Shown: piece after piece, positions 1 through 9,197 of the stretch
Numbering within the stretch: position 1 is the first letter of the stretch
How the letters are laid out: the number at the start of each line of letters is the position of its first letter
DNA from: Dickeya solani IPO 2222
GTDB taxonomy: Bacteria; Pseudomonadota; Gammaproteobacteria; Enterobacterales; Enterobacteriaceae
Direction: 5' to 3'
Length of the DNA stretch: 32,000 nucleotides
NCBI RefSeq assembly: GCF_001644705.1
Contig: NZ_CP015137.1
Location: forward strand, 2,490,001 to 2,522,000
Notes under the pieces: model-generated
Told to the model about the DNA's origin: nothing
Databases searched by the model: none
What the model saw: the letters and a program-made list of their open reading frames with translations, nothing else
Program-made: the position numbers and the translations under genes

Positions 1-41
1 ACCACTCTGGCGAAGACCGACATGCTTTTTAATCGTTCCAT
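1..41 (-). CDS. aaeR: LysR-family regulator AaeR, first 13 codons only (runs off the window)
   Basis: The minus-strand ATG at 41..39 reads MERLKSMSVFARV.., close to the E. coli AaeR N-terminus as I recall it (MERLKRMSVFAKV..). It is divergent from aaeXAB, as in E. coli. Very little sequence is visible. Confidence 0.7.
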   Translation of the reverse strand, partial: MERLKSMSVFARV

Positions 42-379
42 TGTTAACCCTGGCTTAAAAGTGATTTAGATCACAGTACGTAGATAACACAATAATAACG
101 TTTCATAATATAGCCTGTCTGACCACGAAGCGTGGGTTTGATTACCCATCTCGCCTACCGTGGTCGTTCCGAAGGGTTTAAAAACGCTGATTTAACGTCG
201 CAAGCGATATGTATTAAATCAGAGCCCGCCATCGTGATTATTCAGTTAAAGCTGTGTCTTTCACCCGCTGGCAGCGATGCCGGCGGGAATGGGTGTTTAC
301 CTCATCTTCCCCGTTTCCGACACACACGGTTGCTGATGTGAGCGACGGGCGGCGTGATGGTGAAAATAAGGAAAAGAGG

Positions 380-583
380 ATGAATTCACTCCCGGTCATG
401 GTGCTGTTCGGCCTGTCTTTCCCGCCGGTGTTTTTTGTGCTGCTGGTAACGCTGGCGCTGTTTTTTATCTGTATCCGACTGCTGCATCCCACGGGCATTT
501 ACGATCGGGTCTGGCACCCGGCTCTGTTTAATACCGCGTTGTTTGTCTGCCTGTTCTATCTGCTGTTTCGTTTCGGTCTTTGA
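380..583 (+). CDS. aaeX: AaeX small membrane protein of the aromatic carboxylic acid efflux operon (67 aa)
   Basis: An internal Met of ORF 254..583 gives [19 protein letters not shown]...[18 protein letters not shown]. This is near-colinear with E. coli AaeX (67 aa). The SD-like AAAGAGG lies just upstream of the ATG at 380. Confidence 0.9.
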   Translation: MNSLPVMVLFGLSFPPVFFVLLVTLALFFICIRLLHPTGIYDRVWHPALFNTALFVCLFYLLFRFGL

Positions 584-614
584 GGTTGTTGTGAAAGCAT
601 CTGTTGTGAAAGTG

Positions 615-1538
615 ATGATCAAAAAATTCAGCCGCATGGCCATCACGCTATTGCTGGTGTTGCTGGCTGCGGTGGCGCTGGTGCGCGTATGGTCGTTTTA
701 CACCGAATCTCCCTGGACCCGTGACGCCCGTTTCAGCGCCGATGTGGTGGCGATCGCCCCCGATGTCAGCGGCCTGCTGACCGATGTGAACGTGCAGGAT
801 AACCAGCCGGTGAAACAAGGCGATGTGCTGTTCGTGATTGACCAACCGCGTTACCAGCAGGCGCTGGAGCAGGCGCAGGCGGACGTGGCCTACTATCAGG
901 CGCTGGCCGATGAGAAAAAGCGGGAGTCGGCACGTCGTCAGCGCCTCGGCGTGCAGGCGATGTCGCGCGAAGAGATTGAACAGTCTGACAATGCGCTGCA
1001 AACCACACTGCATCAACTGGCGAAGGCACAGGCGGAGCGGGAACTGGCGAAGCTCGATCTGGCGCGTACGGTGGTGCGTGCCCCGGCCGATGGCTGGATA
1101 ACCAACCTGCATGTGCATGTCGGCGAATACATTACCCGTGGCTCCACCGCGGTGGCGCTGGTGAAAAAGGATTCGTTCTACCTGCTGGCCTACATGGAGG
1201 AAACCAAACTGGCGGGCGTGCGCCCCGGCTATCGGGTGGAAATCACCCCGCTGGGCAGCAACCAGATTCTGTTCGGCGCGGTGGATAGTATCGCCGCCGG
1301 GGTAACCAACAGCAGCAGCTCCGCCGATACCAAAGGGCTGGCGACAGTGGATTCCAATCTGGAGTGGGTGCGGCTGGCGCAGCGGGTGCCGGTCAGGATT
1401 CGTCTCGAACAGCAATGGGGTGACCTGTACCCGGCCGGGACCACCGCCACGGTGGTGGTCACCGGTGAACAAACCCGCAACACCAAGCCGATGTCGCCGT
1501 TACTGCAACTGTTGCATCGCCTGCGCGAGTTCGGTTAA
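615..1538 (+). CDS. aaeA: AaeA, membrane-fusion (HlyD-family) subunit of the p-hydroxybenzoate efflux pump
   Basis: Strong end-to-end similarity to E. coli AaeA (..KFSR.AIT...[26 protein letters not shown]...LREFG). The start is ambiguous. ATG 615 (MIKKFSR) matches the E. coli length best. GTG 591 has a better-placed GAGG at 582-585. Confidence 0.92.
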   Translation: MIKKFSRMAITLLLVLLAAVALVRVWSFYTESPWTRDARFSADVVAIAPDVSGLLTDVNVQDNQPVKQGDVLFVIDQPRYQQALEQAQADVAYYQALADEKKRESARRQRLGVQAMSREEIEQSDNALQTTLHQLAKAQAERELAKLDLARTVVRAPADGWITNLHVHVGEYITRGSTAVALVKKDSFYLLAYMEETKLAGVRPGYRVEITPLGSNQILFGAVDSIAAGVTNSSSSADTKGLATVDSNLEWVRLAQRVPVRIRLEQQWGDLYPAGTTATVVVTGEQTRNTKPMSPLLQLLHRLREFG

Positions 1539-1548
1539 GCGAGCGTCT

Positions 1549-3501
1549 ATGATGAACAGTCCCGCGTTTTTGCGTCTGCGGTTTGCCTTCAAACTCAGTA
1601 CGGCTATCGTGCTGTCGCTGGTGCTGGGGTTTCATCTGCAACTGGAAACCCCGCGCTGGGCGACGCTGACCGCCGCGATTGTGGCGGCCGGCCCGGCTTT
1701 CGCCGCCGGCGGCGACCCGTTTTCCGGCGCGATTCGTCACCGCGGCATGCTCAGGGTGATCGGCACCTTTATCGGTTGTATCGGCGCATTGGTTATCATC
1801 ATCGCCACGGTACGCGCGCCGGTGGTGATGCTGATGCTGTGCTGCCTGTGGGCGGGCGTTTGCGTCTGGATATCGTCGCTGGTAAAAGTGGAAAACGCCT
1901 ATGTATTCGCGCTGGCGGGCTACACGGCGCTGATCATCATTGTGACCAGCCAGAGCGCGCCGCTGCGTATTCCGCAATTTGCCGTCGAGCGTTGCAGTGA
2001 AATCGTGCTGGGTATCGTCTGCGCCATTCTGGCTGATCTGCTGTTTTCGCCGCGTTCGATAAAACAGGATATCGACCGGGCGGTGGATGAACTGCTGCTG
2101 GGGCAATATCAATTGCTGCAACGCTGCGTGAATGGCATGTCGAAAGAGGAGCTGGACGCGGCGTGGAACGGGCTGGTGCGGAAAACTCACGCCATCAACG
2201 GTATGCGCAGCGTGTTGATGATGGAGTCGTCCCGCTGGCAGGGTGCCAGCCGCCGGATAAAAACGCTGTTGACCCAATCCTGGATCATGATCACTCAGGC
2301 GTGCGAAACCCGGCTAACGTTGCAGGATCATCCCGATGCCGTCAAAGGCGCCGTCGCCATGATGCTGGAACACCCGGCGGAGACCCCGGCGGAAATGCGG
2401 CGGCGTTTGCGGCAGTTTCGTCATCTGGCGGCCGCGCACAGCCGCAGCCTGCCGCCGACACTGGTGAGCTGGCTGGCGGCGGCGGCCCGCTATCAACTGC
2501 TGGCGAAAGGTGTTAGAACCAACGTGCGCATCAGCCAGAGCGAAGCGGCGTTACTGGATGCCGACGTACCGGTGAAAGCCAGCTCGGCGGAAACCCATCA
2601 CGCCATGATCAACGGCGTGCGTACTGGTGTCGCCACCGCGCTGGGGTGTCTGTTCTGGCTGCTGACCGGTTGGACATCCGGCAGCGTCTGCATGGTGATG
2701 ATTGCGGTGGTGACCTCGCTGGCGATGCGACTGCCCAATCCGCTGATGGCGGCGAAGGACTTTTTGGTCGGCACATTGGTGGCGCTGCCATTAGGCGCCG
2801 TGCTGTTCATTATGGTGCTGCCGTCCACCCAGCAAAGCCTGCTGTTGTTGTGCCTGAGCCTCGGTGGCGTGGCGTTTGTGATCGGCATTGAGGTGCAGAA
2901 GAGGCGGCTGGGGTCGCTGGGCGCGCTGGCCAGCACCATCAACATTCTGGTGTTGGATAACCCGATGACCTTCAATCTGGCGCAGTTTCTCGATAACGCC
3001 ATCGGGCAGATTATCGGTTGTTTTCTGGCGCTGATCGTCATTCTGCTGATTCGGGACAATACCCGCGACCGCACCGGGCGCACGCTACTTAACCGGTTTG
3101 TGTTCGGCGCGGTGTCGGCGTTGTCGACCCGTCCGGCCCGGCGGCGTGAGAACCACCTGCCCGCGTTGTATCAGCATCTGTTTCTGCTGCTGAACCTGTT
3201 TCCGGGGGAAATCGGCAAATACCGGCTGGCGCTATCGCTGATCATGATGCATCAGCGCCTGCGGACGCTGGAATTGCCGGTCAGCGCCAGCCTGTCCGCT
3301 TTTCACCGCCAGATGCGGGCGACGGCCGAACAGGTGATTGACGCCACCCGCGACCGCAGTCACCATTTTTCCCGATTGCTGGCGCAGATGGACGAGTATC
3401 AGCACCTGTTGCGCGACCATCAGGTATCGGACGACGCGATTGATGCAGTTGGCCGCCTGACCGCGTTGCTGCACCGTCATAAACACGCGCTCGGCGACTG
3501 A
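1549..3501 (+). CDS. aaeB: AaeB, inner-membrane subunit of the p-hydroxybenzoate efflux pump (650 aa)
   Basis: From ATG 1549 ([38 protein letters not shown]..) the protein is colinear with E. coli AaeB (655 aa). The ORF-track start at 1420 overlaps aaeA and is not supported. Confidence 0.93.
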   Translation: MMNSPAFLRLRFAFKLSTAIVLSLVLGFHLQLETPRWATLTAAIVAAGPAFAAGGDPFSGAIRHRGMLRVIGTFIGCIGALVIIIATVRAPVVMLMLCCLWAGVCVWISSLVKVENAYVFALAGYTALIIIVTSQSAPLRIPQFAVERCSEIVLGIVCAILADLLFSPRSIKQDIDRAVDELLLGQYQLLQRCVNGMSKEELDAAWNGLVRKTHAINGMRSVLMMESSRWQGASRRIKTLLTQSWIMITQACETRLTLQDHPDAVKGAVAMMLEHPAETPAEMRRRLRQFRHLAAAHSRSLPPTLVSWLAAAARYQLLAKGVRTNVRISQSEAALLDADVPVKASSAETHHAMINGVRTGVATALGCLFWLLTGWTSGSVCMVMIAVVTSLAMRLPNPLMAAKDFLVGTLVALPLGAVLFIMVLPSTQQSLLLLCLSLGGVAFVIGIEVQKRRLGSLGALASTINILVLDNPMTFNLAQFLDNAIGQIIGCFLALIVILLIRDNTRDRTGRTLLNRFVFGAVSALSTRPARRRENHLPALYQHLFLLLNLFPGEIGKYRLALSLIMMHQRLRTLELPVSASLSAFHRQMRATAEQVIDATRDRSHHFSRLLAQMDEYQHLLRDHQVSDDAIDAVGRLTALLHRHKHALGD

Positions 3502-3507
3502 GGCCGA

Positions 3508-4008
3508 TTACAGCGGGTGATAGCCCTGCCACTGCGGCGGTAATACGCGCCCGGTCGGGTTGGCGGTCAGGTGGATGTGCCAGCGGTCCAGCAGGGTGAG
3601 CGGCAGGCAGTCGTCCACGTCGCGCAGATCGTCCTTATGCTGCTGAAACACCTCGGTCAGCAACACCGCTTTGGCGCGCTGCTTGGCCTGCTCCGCATCC
3701 GTCGCCACGAATAACCCGAACTGATGCACTTCCGCCGGGTCGTGCGGCAGGTATCCGCCCATATTGATAAACCAGAGTTTTTTCCGCCCCTGAAACGGTT
3801 GATGGCTGAGCGTGATATCATAGCCGTCCGCCCAATGGCAGGGGGTGTAGCTATCGACGTGGACCTGGCTTTTATCGCCGAACCAGTTGGCCTTCAGCAG
3901 AGGAAATCCGTCTTGCGGGTGCTCCACCGCCGCGAACTGGACATCATGCAGTTCGATGTTGGCGCCCTGGGCGCGTCCGCCCACGTAATACATAAATAGC
4001 GTTGTCAT
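3508..4008 (-). CDS. Uncharacterised protein, DUF1543-like, with an internal two-fold repeat (166 aa)
   Basis: ATG at 4008 is preceded by AGAGAGGA. The sequence MTTLFMYYVGGRAQGANIELHDVQF.. and a second copy of the motif (LWFINMGGYLPHDPAEVHQFGLF..) resemble the GG..x..E.HD signature I associate with DUF1543. No HMM search was possible. Confidence 0.7.
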   Translation of the reverse strand: MTTLFMYYVGGRAQGANIELHDVQFAAVEHPQDGFPLLKANWFGDKSQVHVDSYTPCHWADGYDITLSHQPFQGRKKLWFINMGGYLPHDPAEVHQFGLFVATDAEQAKQRAKAVLLTEVFQQHKDDLRDVDDCLPLTLLDRWHIHLTANPTGRVLPPQWQGYHPL

Positions 4009-4124
4009 GCGGGATCGATCCTCTCTGGTTGTGGCCTGCAATTTCGTTGTGTTTTTGATTACATAACGAAAAAAGTTACCTTAACTGCTTGTAAGACAAA
4101 TTGATATCAATGGAAGACGGAATA

Positions 4125-4751
4125 ATGACACTGCATCTTTGGCTGGTTTACGTCGGCGTGATTACGGCGCTGATCGCCGTACCGGGGCCGTCGGCCTTGC
4201 TGAGTATGACGCACGGCCTGCGTTACGGGCAACGACGCGCGCTGGCGACCGTGCTGGGCGGCGCGACCGGTTCGCTGGTGCTGATGACGGCGTCCGCGCT
4301 GGGGCTGGGCGCGATTCTGGCGGCGTCGGCCACTGCGTTTCTGGTGTTAAAGGTGGTCGGTGCGGTTTATCTGATTTGGCTCGGTATTTCCGCCTGGCGG
4401 ACGCGGGAAAGCACGCTGACGCCATCGGTCGATGTGGAGGCGATCGCGCCGGGGTTGCTGAAGCTGTATCACCGCGGTTTTATGGTAGGGGTTAGCAATC
4501 CTAAAGACATCCTGTTCTTTGCCGCCCTGTTTCCCAATTTTATCGATACCAGCGCCCCGCAAGCGATGCAATTCGCCCTGCTGGCGCTCACCTGGGTGGT
4601 GCTGGATTGCAGCATCATGTTTAGCTACGCCTGCATGGGGAATCGCGTCTCTGCGCTGTTCGCCCACCCGCGCCGCCTGCGGTTGTTCAACCGCGCCACC
4701 GGCACGTTGTTCATTTTCGCCGGCTCCGCGCTGGTGGCATCAACCAAATAA
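4125..4751 (+). CDS. LysE/RhtB-family amino-acid (or small metabolite) exporter (208 aa)
   Basis: ATG 4125 lies after GGAAGACGG. The protein is a multi-pass hydrophobic protein with the family-typical N-terminus (..ALIAVPGPSALLSMTHGLRYG..). The substrate cannot be inferred. Confidence 0.85.
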   Translation: MTLHLWLVYVGVITALIAVPGPSALLSMTHGLRYGQRRALATVLGGATGSLVLMTASALGLGAILAASATAFLVLKVVGAVYLIWLGISAWRTRESTLTPSVDVEAIAPGLLKLYHRGFMVGVSNPKDILFFAALFPNFIDTSAPQAMQFALLALTWVVLDCSIMFSYACMGNRVSALFAHPRRLRLFNRATGTLFIFAGSALVASTK

Positions 4752-4825
4752 AACACGCACCGTAAGGTGCCTGCGAGTTCTGGTCGCGGGTAATGGTTTT
4801 TCTGGCGTCAAAAACTGTGCTGAGG

Positions 4826-5116
4826 TGGGCGACTTCGCCGGGTGAGCTGCATGGATGCGGCGAAAGCCCGTGCCGCGCCTGACAAAAACGCCAGGAGCGT
4901 TTTTGAACAGCGTTTACGCTGGCCCGTAGGGCGAGCCCCAGGGATGGGGCGAGTAACCGCGTCACGGGCGGCCCGAACAGCGAAGGCGAACGCCGAAGGT
5001 AGCGCGCAGTGGCACAGTTTAGCCCCTAGCCAGTGGTCAAGGAGAGACTGCGTTTGAGTCTCTCCTTGTCGGGCGTGCGATGACGTTGCAAAGGAATAAC
5101 TAACGTTATCACGCAC
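4826..5116. other. GC-rich, densely hairpinned non-coding element (candidate dispersed repeat or structured RNA)
   Basis: Hairpin at 4846-4861. Long-range stem 4866-4877/4958-4969 (11 of 12 bp) encloses hairpins 4883-4905 (9 bp perfect), 4908-4921 and 4935-4950. Perfect 11-bp stem at 5039-5049/5057-5067. Imperfect hairpin at 5075-5116. No credible ORF, promoter or U-tract terminator. Boundaries are approximate. Confidence 0.5.
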
Positions 5117-5147
5117 GAAACTTTCCACTGTTCTGGTATAAGTTCGC

Positions 5148-5182
5148 CAGTAATAAAACAACAGGGCTGTTTGTCCACAGCC
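5148..5182 (-). terminator. Probable intrinsic terminator of darP
   Basis: Minus-strand RNA reads GGCUGU-GGACAA-ACAGCC (stem 5165-5170/5177-5182) followed by CUGUUGUUUUAUUACUGG, about 20 nt after the darP stop. Confidence 0.55.
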
Positions 5183-5202
5183 TCACAGGCTCCTGCCTGG
5201 TA

Positions 5203-5751
5203 TTATTCGGCTTCTGCCAGTTCACGCAAATACTGGAAAATCAGCCGGGCTGATTTGGGTGGTTTGTTGGCGGCTTTTTCTTTCTGGGCGTTACGCACCA
5301 GCGAGCGCAGTTGCTGACGATCGGCCTGCGGATACAGCGCAAGGATGTCCGGAACGGCACCGTCGCCTTCGGCGATCAGCCGGTCGCGCAATTGCTCCAG
5401 TTTGTGGAACAGCGACACCTGCTGGTTGTGGCGGTTGCGCAGCTTGTCCAGCGCGGTCTGGATTGGCTCCGGGTCGCGGGCGCGCAGCATCTTGCCAATC
5501 AGTTGTAACTGACGGCGGCGGCCTTCTTTGGTGATGCGCTGCGCCAGCTCAATCGCGGCACGCAGGTCTTCATCCAGCGGGATGCGCTCCAGCGCGTTCT
5601 TACCCAGCTCAACCAGCTCGGTGCCCAGCGCCTTCAAGGCTTCGGCATCGCGTTTGATTTCGCTTTTGCTGACCCAGATTATTTCTTCGTCGTCATTGTC
5701 CTGGCTGGCGTCCGGGACGTCATCCTGCCAGTCTTCGGGATGTTTGTTCAT
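5203..5751 (-). CDS. darP: DarP (YjgA), ribosome 50S-associated DUF615 protein (182 aa)
   Basis: Full-length similarity to E. coli YjgA: acidic N-terminus, then ..[26 protein letters not shown]... It is divergent from pmbA, as in E. coli. Confidence 0.9.
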   Translation of the reverse strand: MNKHPEDWQDDVPDASQDNDDEEIIWVSKSEIKRDAEALKALGTELVELGKNALERIPLDEDLRAAIELAQRITKEGRRRQLQLIGKMLRARDPEPIQTALDKLRNRHNQQVSLFHKLEQLRDRLIAEGDGAVPDILALYPQADRQQLRSLVRNAQKEKAANKPPKSARLIFQYLRELAEAE

Positions 5752-5941
5752 TGTGGCTCCCCAATAAAAGAGGCTGATCCTATCAGGTTATGGGCTTTGT
5801 GCGAAATTGTCCGCCGATCCTGTTAGACTCAATCACAGGCTACCTCATTTTACGTCTGAGGTAAGGTGACGAATAGCAGGCGGACAGCATTCGTTGCATC
5901 ATGGATTATCTGAATGTTTTCTTACTCATTATGGCAAATCG

Positions 5942-7282
5942 ATGACAATAATCACTCAGGTTGCAGAACAGCGTAAAGCGCTGGAACAGGCGGTATCGCA
6001 GGCGCTGGAACTGGCCCGTGCCGGCTCTGATGCGGCGGAAGTTGCCGTCACGAAAACAACCGGGATCAGCGTCAGCTCCCGGTATGGTGAAGTTGAAAAC
6101 GTCGAATTCAACAGTGACGGTGCGCTTGGCATCACCGTCTACTATCAGCAGCGCAAGGGCAGCGCATCGTCCACCGATATGAGCCCGGACGCCATCGCCC
6201 GCACGGTGCAGGCGGCGCTGGATATTGCCCGTTACACCTCGGTTGACCCCTGTTCAGGTCCGGCGGATAAGGATCTGCTGGCGTTTGAGGCGCCGGATCT
6301 GGATCTGTTCCATCCGGCGGAGCTGGACGCCGATCGCGGTATCGAGCTGGCCGCTGCCGCCGAACAGGCGGCGCTGAAGGCCGACAAACGCATCACCAAC
6401 ACCGAAGGCGGCAGTTTTAACAGCCACTATGGCATCAAGGTTTTCGGCAACAGTCACGGCATGCTGCAAAGCTACTGCTCCAGCCGCCACTCTATGTCGG
6501 TCAGCGTGATTGCCGAGCACAACGGCGATATGGAGCGCGATTACGCTTACACCATCGGTCGTGCGCTGGGTGATCTGGACTCGCCGGCGTGGGTTGGGGA
6601 AGAGTGCGCCCGCCGTACGCTGGCGCGTCTGTCGCCGCGTAAACTGGCCACCATGGAGGCGCCGGTGATGTTCTCCGCCGAGGTAGCGACCGGGTTGTTC
6701 GGTCATCTGGTCGGCGCCATCAGCGGCAGCAGCGTCTATCGTAAATCCACTTTCCTGCTGGATAGTCTCGGCAAACAGATTCTGCCGGAATGGCTGACTA
6801 TTCAGGAGCTACCGCATTTGCGCAAAGGGCTGGCGTCCACCCCGTTCGACAGCGAAGGCGTTCGCACCGAACAGCGCGATATCGTCAAAGAGGGCGTGCT
6901 GCAAACCTGGCTGCTGACCACCTATGCCGGTCGTAAACTAGGCATGAAGAGCACCGGACATGCCGGTGGGATTCATAACTGGCGTATTGCCGGGCGTGGG
7001 CTGGATTTTGACGGCATGCTGAAGGAAATGGGCACCGGGTTGCTGGTTACCAGCCTGATGGGGCAGGGCGTCAGCGCGGTAACCGGGGATTATTCTCGTG
7101 GCGCGTCCGGATTCTGGGTGGAGAACGGCGAAATTCAGTATCCGGTGAGCGAAATCACCATCGCCGGCAACCTGAAAGATATGCTGCGCAACATGGTGAC
7201 CATTGGTGATGATATCGAAACGCGCAGCAATATCCAGTGCGGTTCGGTGTTGCTGCCGTCAATGAAGATTGCCGGGGTATAA
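5942..7282 (+). CDS. pmbA: PmbA (TldE) metalloprotease subunit (446 aa)
   Basis: From ATG 5942 ([18 protein letters not shown]..) the protein is colinear with E. coli PmbA through ..[17 protein letters not shown]. The upstream TTG start in the ORF track is unsupported. Confidence 0.95.
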   Translation: MTIITQVAEQRKALEQAVSQALELARAGSDAAEVAVTKTTGISVSSRYGEVENVEFNSDGALGITVYYQQRKGSASSTDMSPDAIARTVQAALDIARYTSVDPCSGPADKDLLAFEAPDLDLFHPAELDADRGIELAAAAEQAALKADKRITNTEGGSFNSHYGIKVFGNSHGMLQSYCSSRHSMSVSVIAEHNGDMERDYAYTIGRALGDLDSPAWVGEECARRTLARLSPRKLATMEAPVMFSAEVATGLFGHLVGAISGSSVYRKSTFLLDSLGKQILPEWLTIQELPHLRKGLASTPFDSEGVRTEQRDIVKEGVLQTWLLTTYAGRKLGMKSTGHAGGIHNWRIAGRGLDFDGMLKEMGTGLLVTSLMGQGVSAVTGDYSRGASGFWVENGEIQYPVSEITIAGNLKDMLRNMVTIGDDIETRSNIQCGSVLLPSMKIAGV

Positions 7283-7302
7283 GGTTCGTTTCCACCGACA
7301 TT

Positions 7303-7335
7303 GACTGCCCGGATATTCAGGGCAGTCGTTTGGCG
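7303..7335 (+). terminator. Stem-loop between convergent pmbA and rnk (likely terminator)
   Basis: Perfect 8-bp stem GACTGCCC/GGGCAGTC (7303-7310/7320-7327) with a 9-nt loop, then GTTTGGCGCATTT. The U-tract is weak on the plus strand and absent on the minus strand. Confidence 0.55.
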
Positions 7336-7348
7336 CATTTCGCTGTTA

Positions 7349-7759
7349 TCAGCGGTGGTATTCACCCGCCGCTTCCGGCTGGTAGAGCAGTTCCATCACT
7401 TCAATCCGTGTTGCTTCGCCATTCGGCAACGGCCAGGTAATGCTGTTGCCGACATGCATGCCGAGCAGCGCAGCGCCCAGCGGCGCCATGACCGAAATCT
7501 GTTCCCGACTGTCTTTAAGACCGGCCGGATAGACCAGCGTGCGAATATGTTCTTCCGTTGTGAGCAGGTCGCGGAACCGGACCCGGCTGTTCATGGTGAC
7601 CACATCCCCCGGCATCTCGACGGGCTGGAGGATATCCGCCCGATCCAGTTCTTCGCTCAGGGCCTGCGCCACCTCTGTATCGGCAAAAGCGGGCTGCTCC
7701 AGCAGCGCATCCAGGCGTTCGGCATCCAGCTCGCTAATCGTCAGGTGCGGTTTATCCAT
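7349..7759 (-). CDS. rnk: Rnk, regulator of nucleoside diphosphate kinase (GreA/B-like, 136 aa)
   Basis: ATG at 7759. The sequence ..[15 protein letters not shown]...[13 protein letters not shown]...TLVYPA...[21 protein letters not shown] matches E. coli Rnk along its whole length. Confidence 0.9.
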   Translation of the reverse strand: MDKPHLTISELDAERLDALLEQPAFADTEVAQALSEELDRADILQPVEMPGDVVTMNSRVRFRDLLTTEEHIRTLVYPAGLKDSREQISVMAPLGAALLGMHVGNSITWPLPNGEATRIEVMELLYQPEAAGEYHR

Positions 7760-7924
7760 ATGTTTCTCCAGTCTTTGCAATAACTGATAACAACGCTCCC
7801 GCCGTGAAAGGCAGTGGCATAAGTTAATCCGATGGTAGCAGGGATGCCAGGAACTTACCGCATAAAAAGAAAGAGATCGGGACCACGAATGGCGACTTGC
7901 GCCAGCGGGAGGAAAAGCGGCAGA

Positions 7925-8197
7925 TTAATCCTCGTCAAACCCGGCTTCAAATAGCTGAATGACCGCTGCCAGCGCCTGTTCTTCATCCAGCCCGGTGACT
8001 TCCACTTCGATATGACGCCCTTTGGCCGAATCCAGCATCAGCATGGCGATGACGCTGCTGGCGTCGGCTTCGGTACCGGCCTCGTTGCGTAGCAATACCG
8101 CAGCGTCGAAGCTTTGCACCAGCTCGAACAGTTTCATGGCCGGGCGGGCGTGCATCCCTAAGCGGTTTTTCACTTCAACGGTTTGCCTGACGGTCAT
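7925..8197 (-). CDS. ptsO: NPr, nitrogen-related phosphocarrier protein (90 aa)
   Basis: [28 protein letters not shown].. is an HPr-fold protein with the active-site His region. The 4-nt ATGA overlap with the rapZ stop matches the E. coli rpoN operon. Confidence 0.93.
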   Translation of the reverse strand: MTVRQTVEVKNRLGMHARPAMKLFELVQSFDAAVLLRNEAGTEADASSVIAMLMLDSAKGRHIEVEVTGLDEEQALAAVIQLFEAGFDED

Positions 8198-9048
8198 GAT
8201 TTACGTTTTTCCAGCGTACGGTGGCGTGACTGCACGTTTTTGCCACGGGAGCGAAAGTAGTCCGCCAGTTGCTCGGCGATGTAAACAGAACGGTGCTTGC
8301 CGCCGGTACAGCCGATGGCGACGGTAAGATAGCTGCGGTTGTTGGTTTCCAGCATCGGCAGCCATAGTTCCAGGTAGCTGCGGGTCTGATAAATGAAGTT
8401 GTGGACTTCGGTGTGCCTGTCAAGAAACGCGGCCACCGGTTTATCCAGACCGGTCATCGGACGCAGTTTCGGGTCCCAGTGCGGGTTAGGCAGGAAACGC
8501 ACGTCAAACACGTAGTCCGCATCAATCGGGATGCCGTGCTTGTAGCCGAATGACTCGAATACCATGGTCAGTTCGCGCTCGCGTTTACCCAGTAAGCGGG
8601 TACGCAACATTTCCGCCAGTTCATGCACCGACATTTCCGAGGTATCGATGATCAGATCGGCGCGCGAGCGCAGCGGTTCCAGCAGATCGTTTTCTTCATC
8701 GATTGCGCTTTCCAGCGACAGGTTTTTGCTGGAGAGCGGATGCAGACGGCGGGTGTCGCTGTAACGCCGAATCAGCGTATTGCGATCGGCGTCCAGAAAC
8801 AGCAGTTGGGGAGAAAAGCTCTGAGGCAGGCGGGTCAGGGCATGTTCCAGCACTTCCGGCGTTTCCGGCAGGTTGCGCACGTCAATGCTGACCGCCGCGG
8901 AGATATTCCGTTCCGCCAGCGTGTGCGCCAGCTCGGGCAACAGCACCACCGGCAGGTTATCTACACAATAGAAACCCATGTCTTCCAGCGCGCGCAGAGC
9001 TACGGATTTCCCCGAACCTGAACGACCACTGACAATCATCAGCACCAT
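8194..9048 (-). CDS. rapZ: RapZ (YhbJ), RNase adaptor protein for GlmZ (284 aa)
   Basis: [33 protein letters not shown].. with Walker A, a full-length match to E. coli RapZ. The SD GGGGGAG lies upstream. Confidence 0.95.
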   Translation of the reverse strand: MVLMIVSGRSGSGKSVALRALEDMGFYCVDNLPVVLLPELAHTLAERNISAAVSIDVRNLPETPEVLEHALTRLPQSFSPQLLFLDADRNTLIRRYSDTRRLHPLSSKNLSLESAIDEENDLLEPLRSRADLIIDTSEMSVHELAEMLRTRLLGKRERELTMVFESFGYKHGIPIDADYVFDVRFLPNPHWDPKLRPMTGLDKPVAAFLDRHTEVHNFIYQTRSYLELWLPMLETNNRSYLTVAIGCTGGKHRSVYIAEQLADYFRSRGKNVQSRHRTLEKRKS

Positions 9049-9197
9049 CTGACGACTCCCCCCTGGCAGCGGGATGGTGAATGTCCACCGCCACAGTTAG
9101 CTAACTTCGTTTTCCCGGCCGGGCCGGCATCCTGTCAGGCTCGCGCCTGTTGTTACGCGTGTTGTGGATAGCAACCGAAACCGGGTGCCGCCGGCCG

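Noticed and set aside
61-74. Inverted repeat GTGAT-N4-ATCAC near the aaeR start as an AaeR (LysR-type) binding site.
   Set aside because: Arms of 5 bp are too short to be significant, and the spacing does not fit the T-N11-A LysR motif. There is no second site to support it.
648-1472. Long antisense ORFs opposite well-supported genes. Examples: 648..1472 (-) vs aaeA, 1459..2277 (-) vs aaeB, 11647..12291 (+) vs lptB, 12322..12867 (+) vs lptA, 14081..15025 (+) vs kdsD, 20013..21119 (-) vs murA, 22342..23502 (+) vs degQ, 30223..31257 (+) vs gltD.
   Set aside because: Their translations are Arg/Gly/His/Gln-rich with no recognisable motifs. They sit exactly opposite highly conserved genes, as expected for stop-poor shadow frames in GC-rich coding DNA. 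No start-site signals support them.
4990-5040. B12-box-like GCCACUG (minus strand, around 5007-5013) and a sigma-54-like TGGCAC (plus strand, 5009-5014).
   Set aside because: No regulated gene lies downstream on the minus strand, so a riboswitch makes no sense. The rest of the cobalamin-riboswitch core is not apparent. For sigma-54, the GG-to-GC spacing is off by one and the -12 element (TTGCA) is absent.
4826-5116. Calling the structured element an rsmB/csrB-type RsmA/CsrA-sequestering sRNA.
   Set aside because: There are only five GGA triplets in about 330 nt, roughly the chance expectation, whereas CsrB-class RNAs carry many more. I found no GacA/UvrY-type upstream box, no recognisable promoter and no U-tract terminator. 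GGA-in-loop hairpins also occur on the opposite strand. It is kept only as a low-priority test under the main finding.
4711-5161. ORFs of 84 aa (-), 117 aa (-) and 71 aa (+) inside the LysE/darP intergenic gap.
   Set aside because: They overlap one another, have Arg/Ala-biased low-complexity translations, and lack Shine-Dalgarno sequences. They coincide with the stem-loop array, so the open frames are best explained by GC-rich structured DNA.
9095-9106. Perfect 12-bp palindrome AGTTAGCTAACT as a stand-alone operator call.
   Set aside because: Several perfect 12-bp palindromes are expected by chance in 32 kb (about 32000/4096). It is mentioned only as part of the ptsN-rapZ spacer observation.
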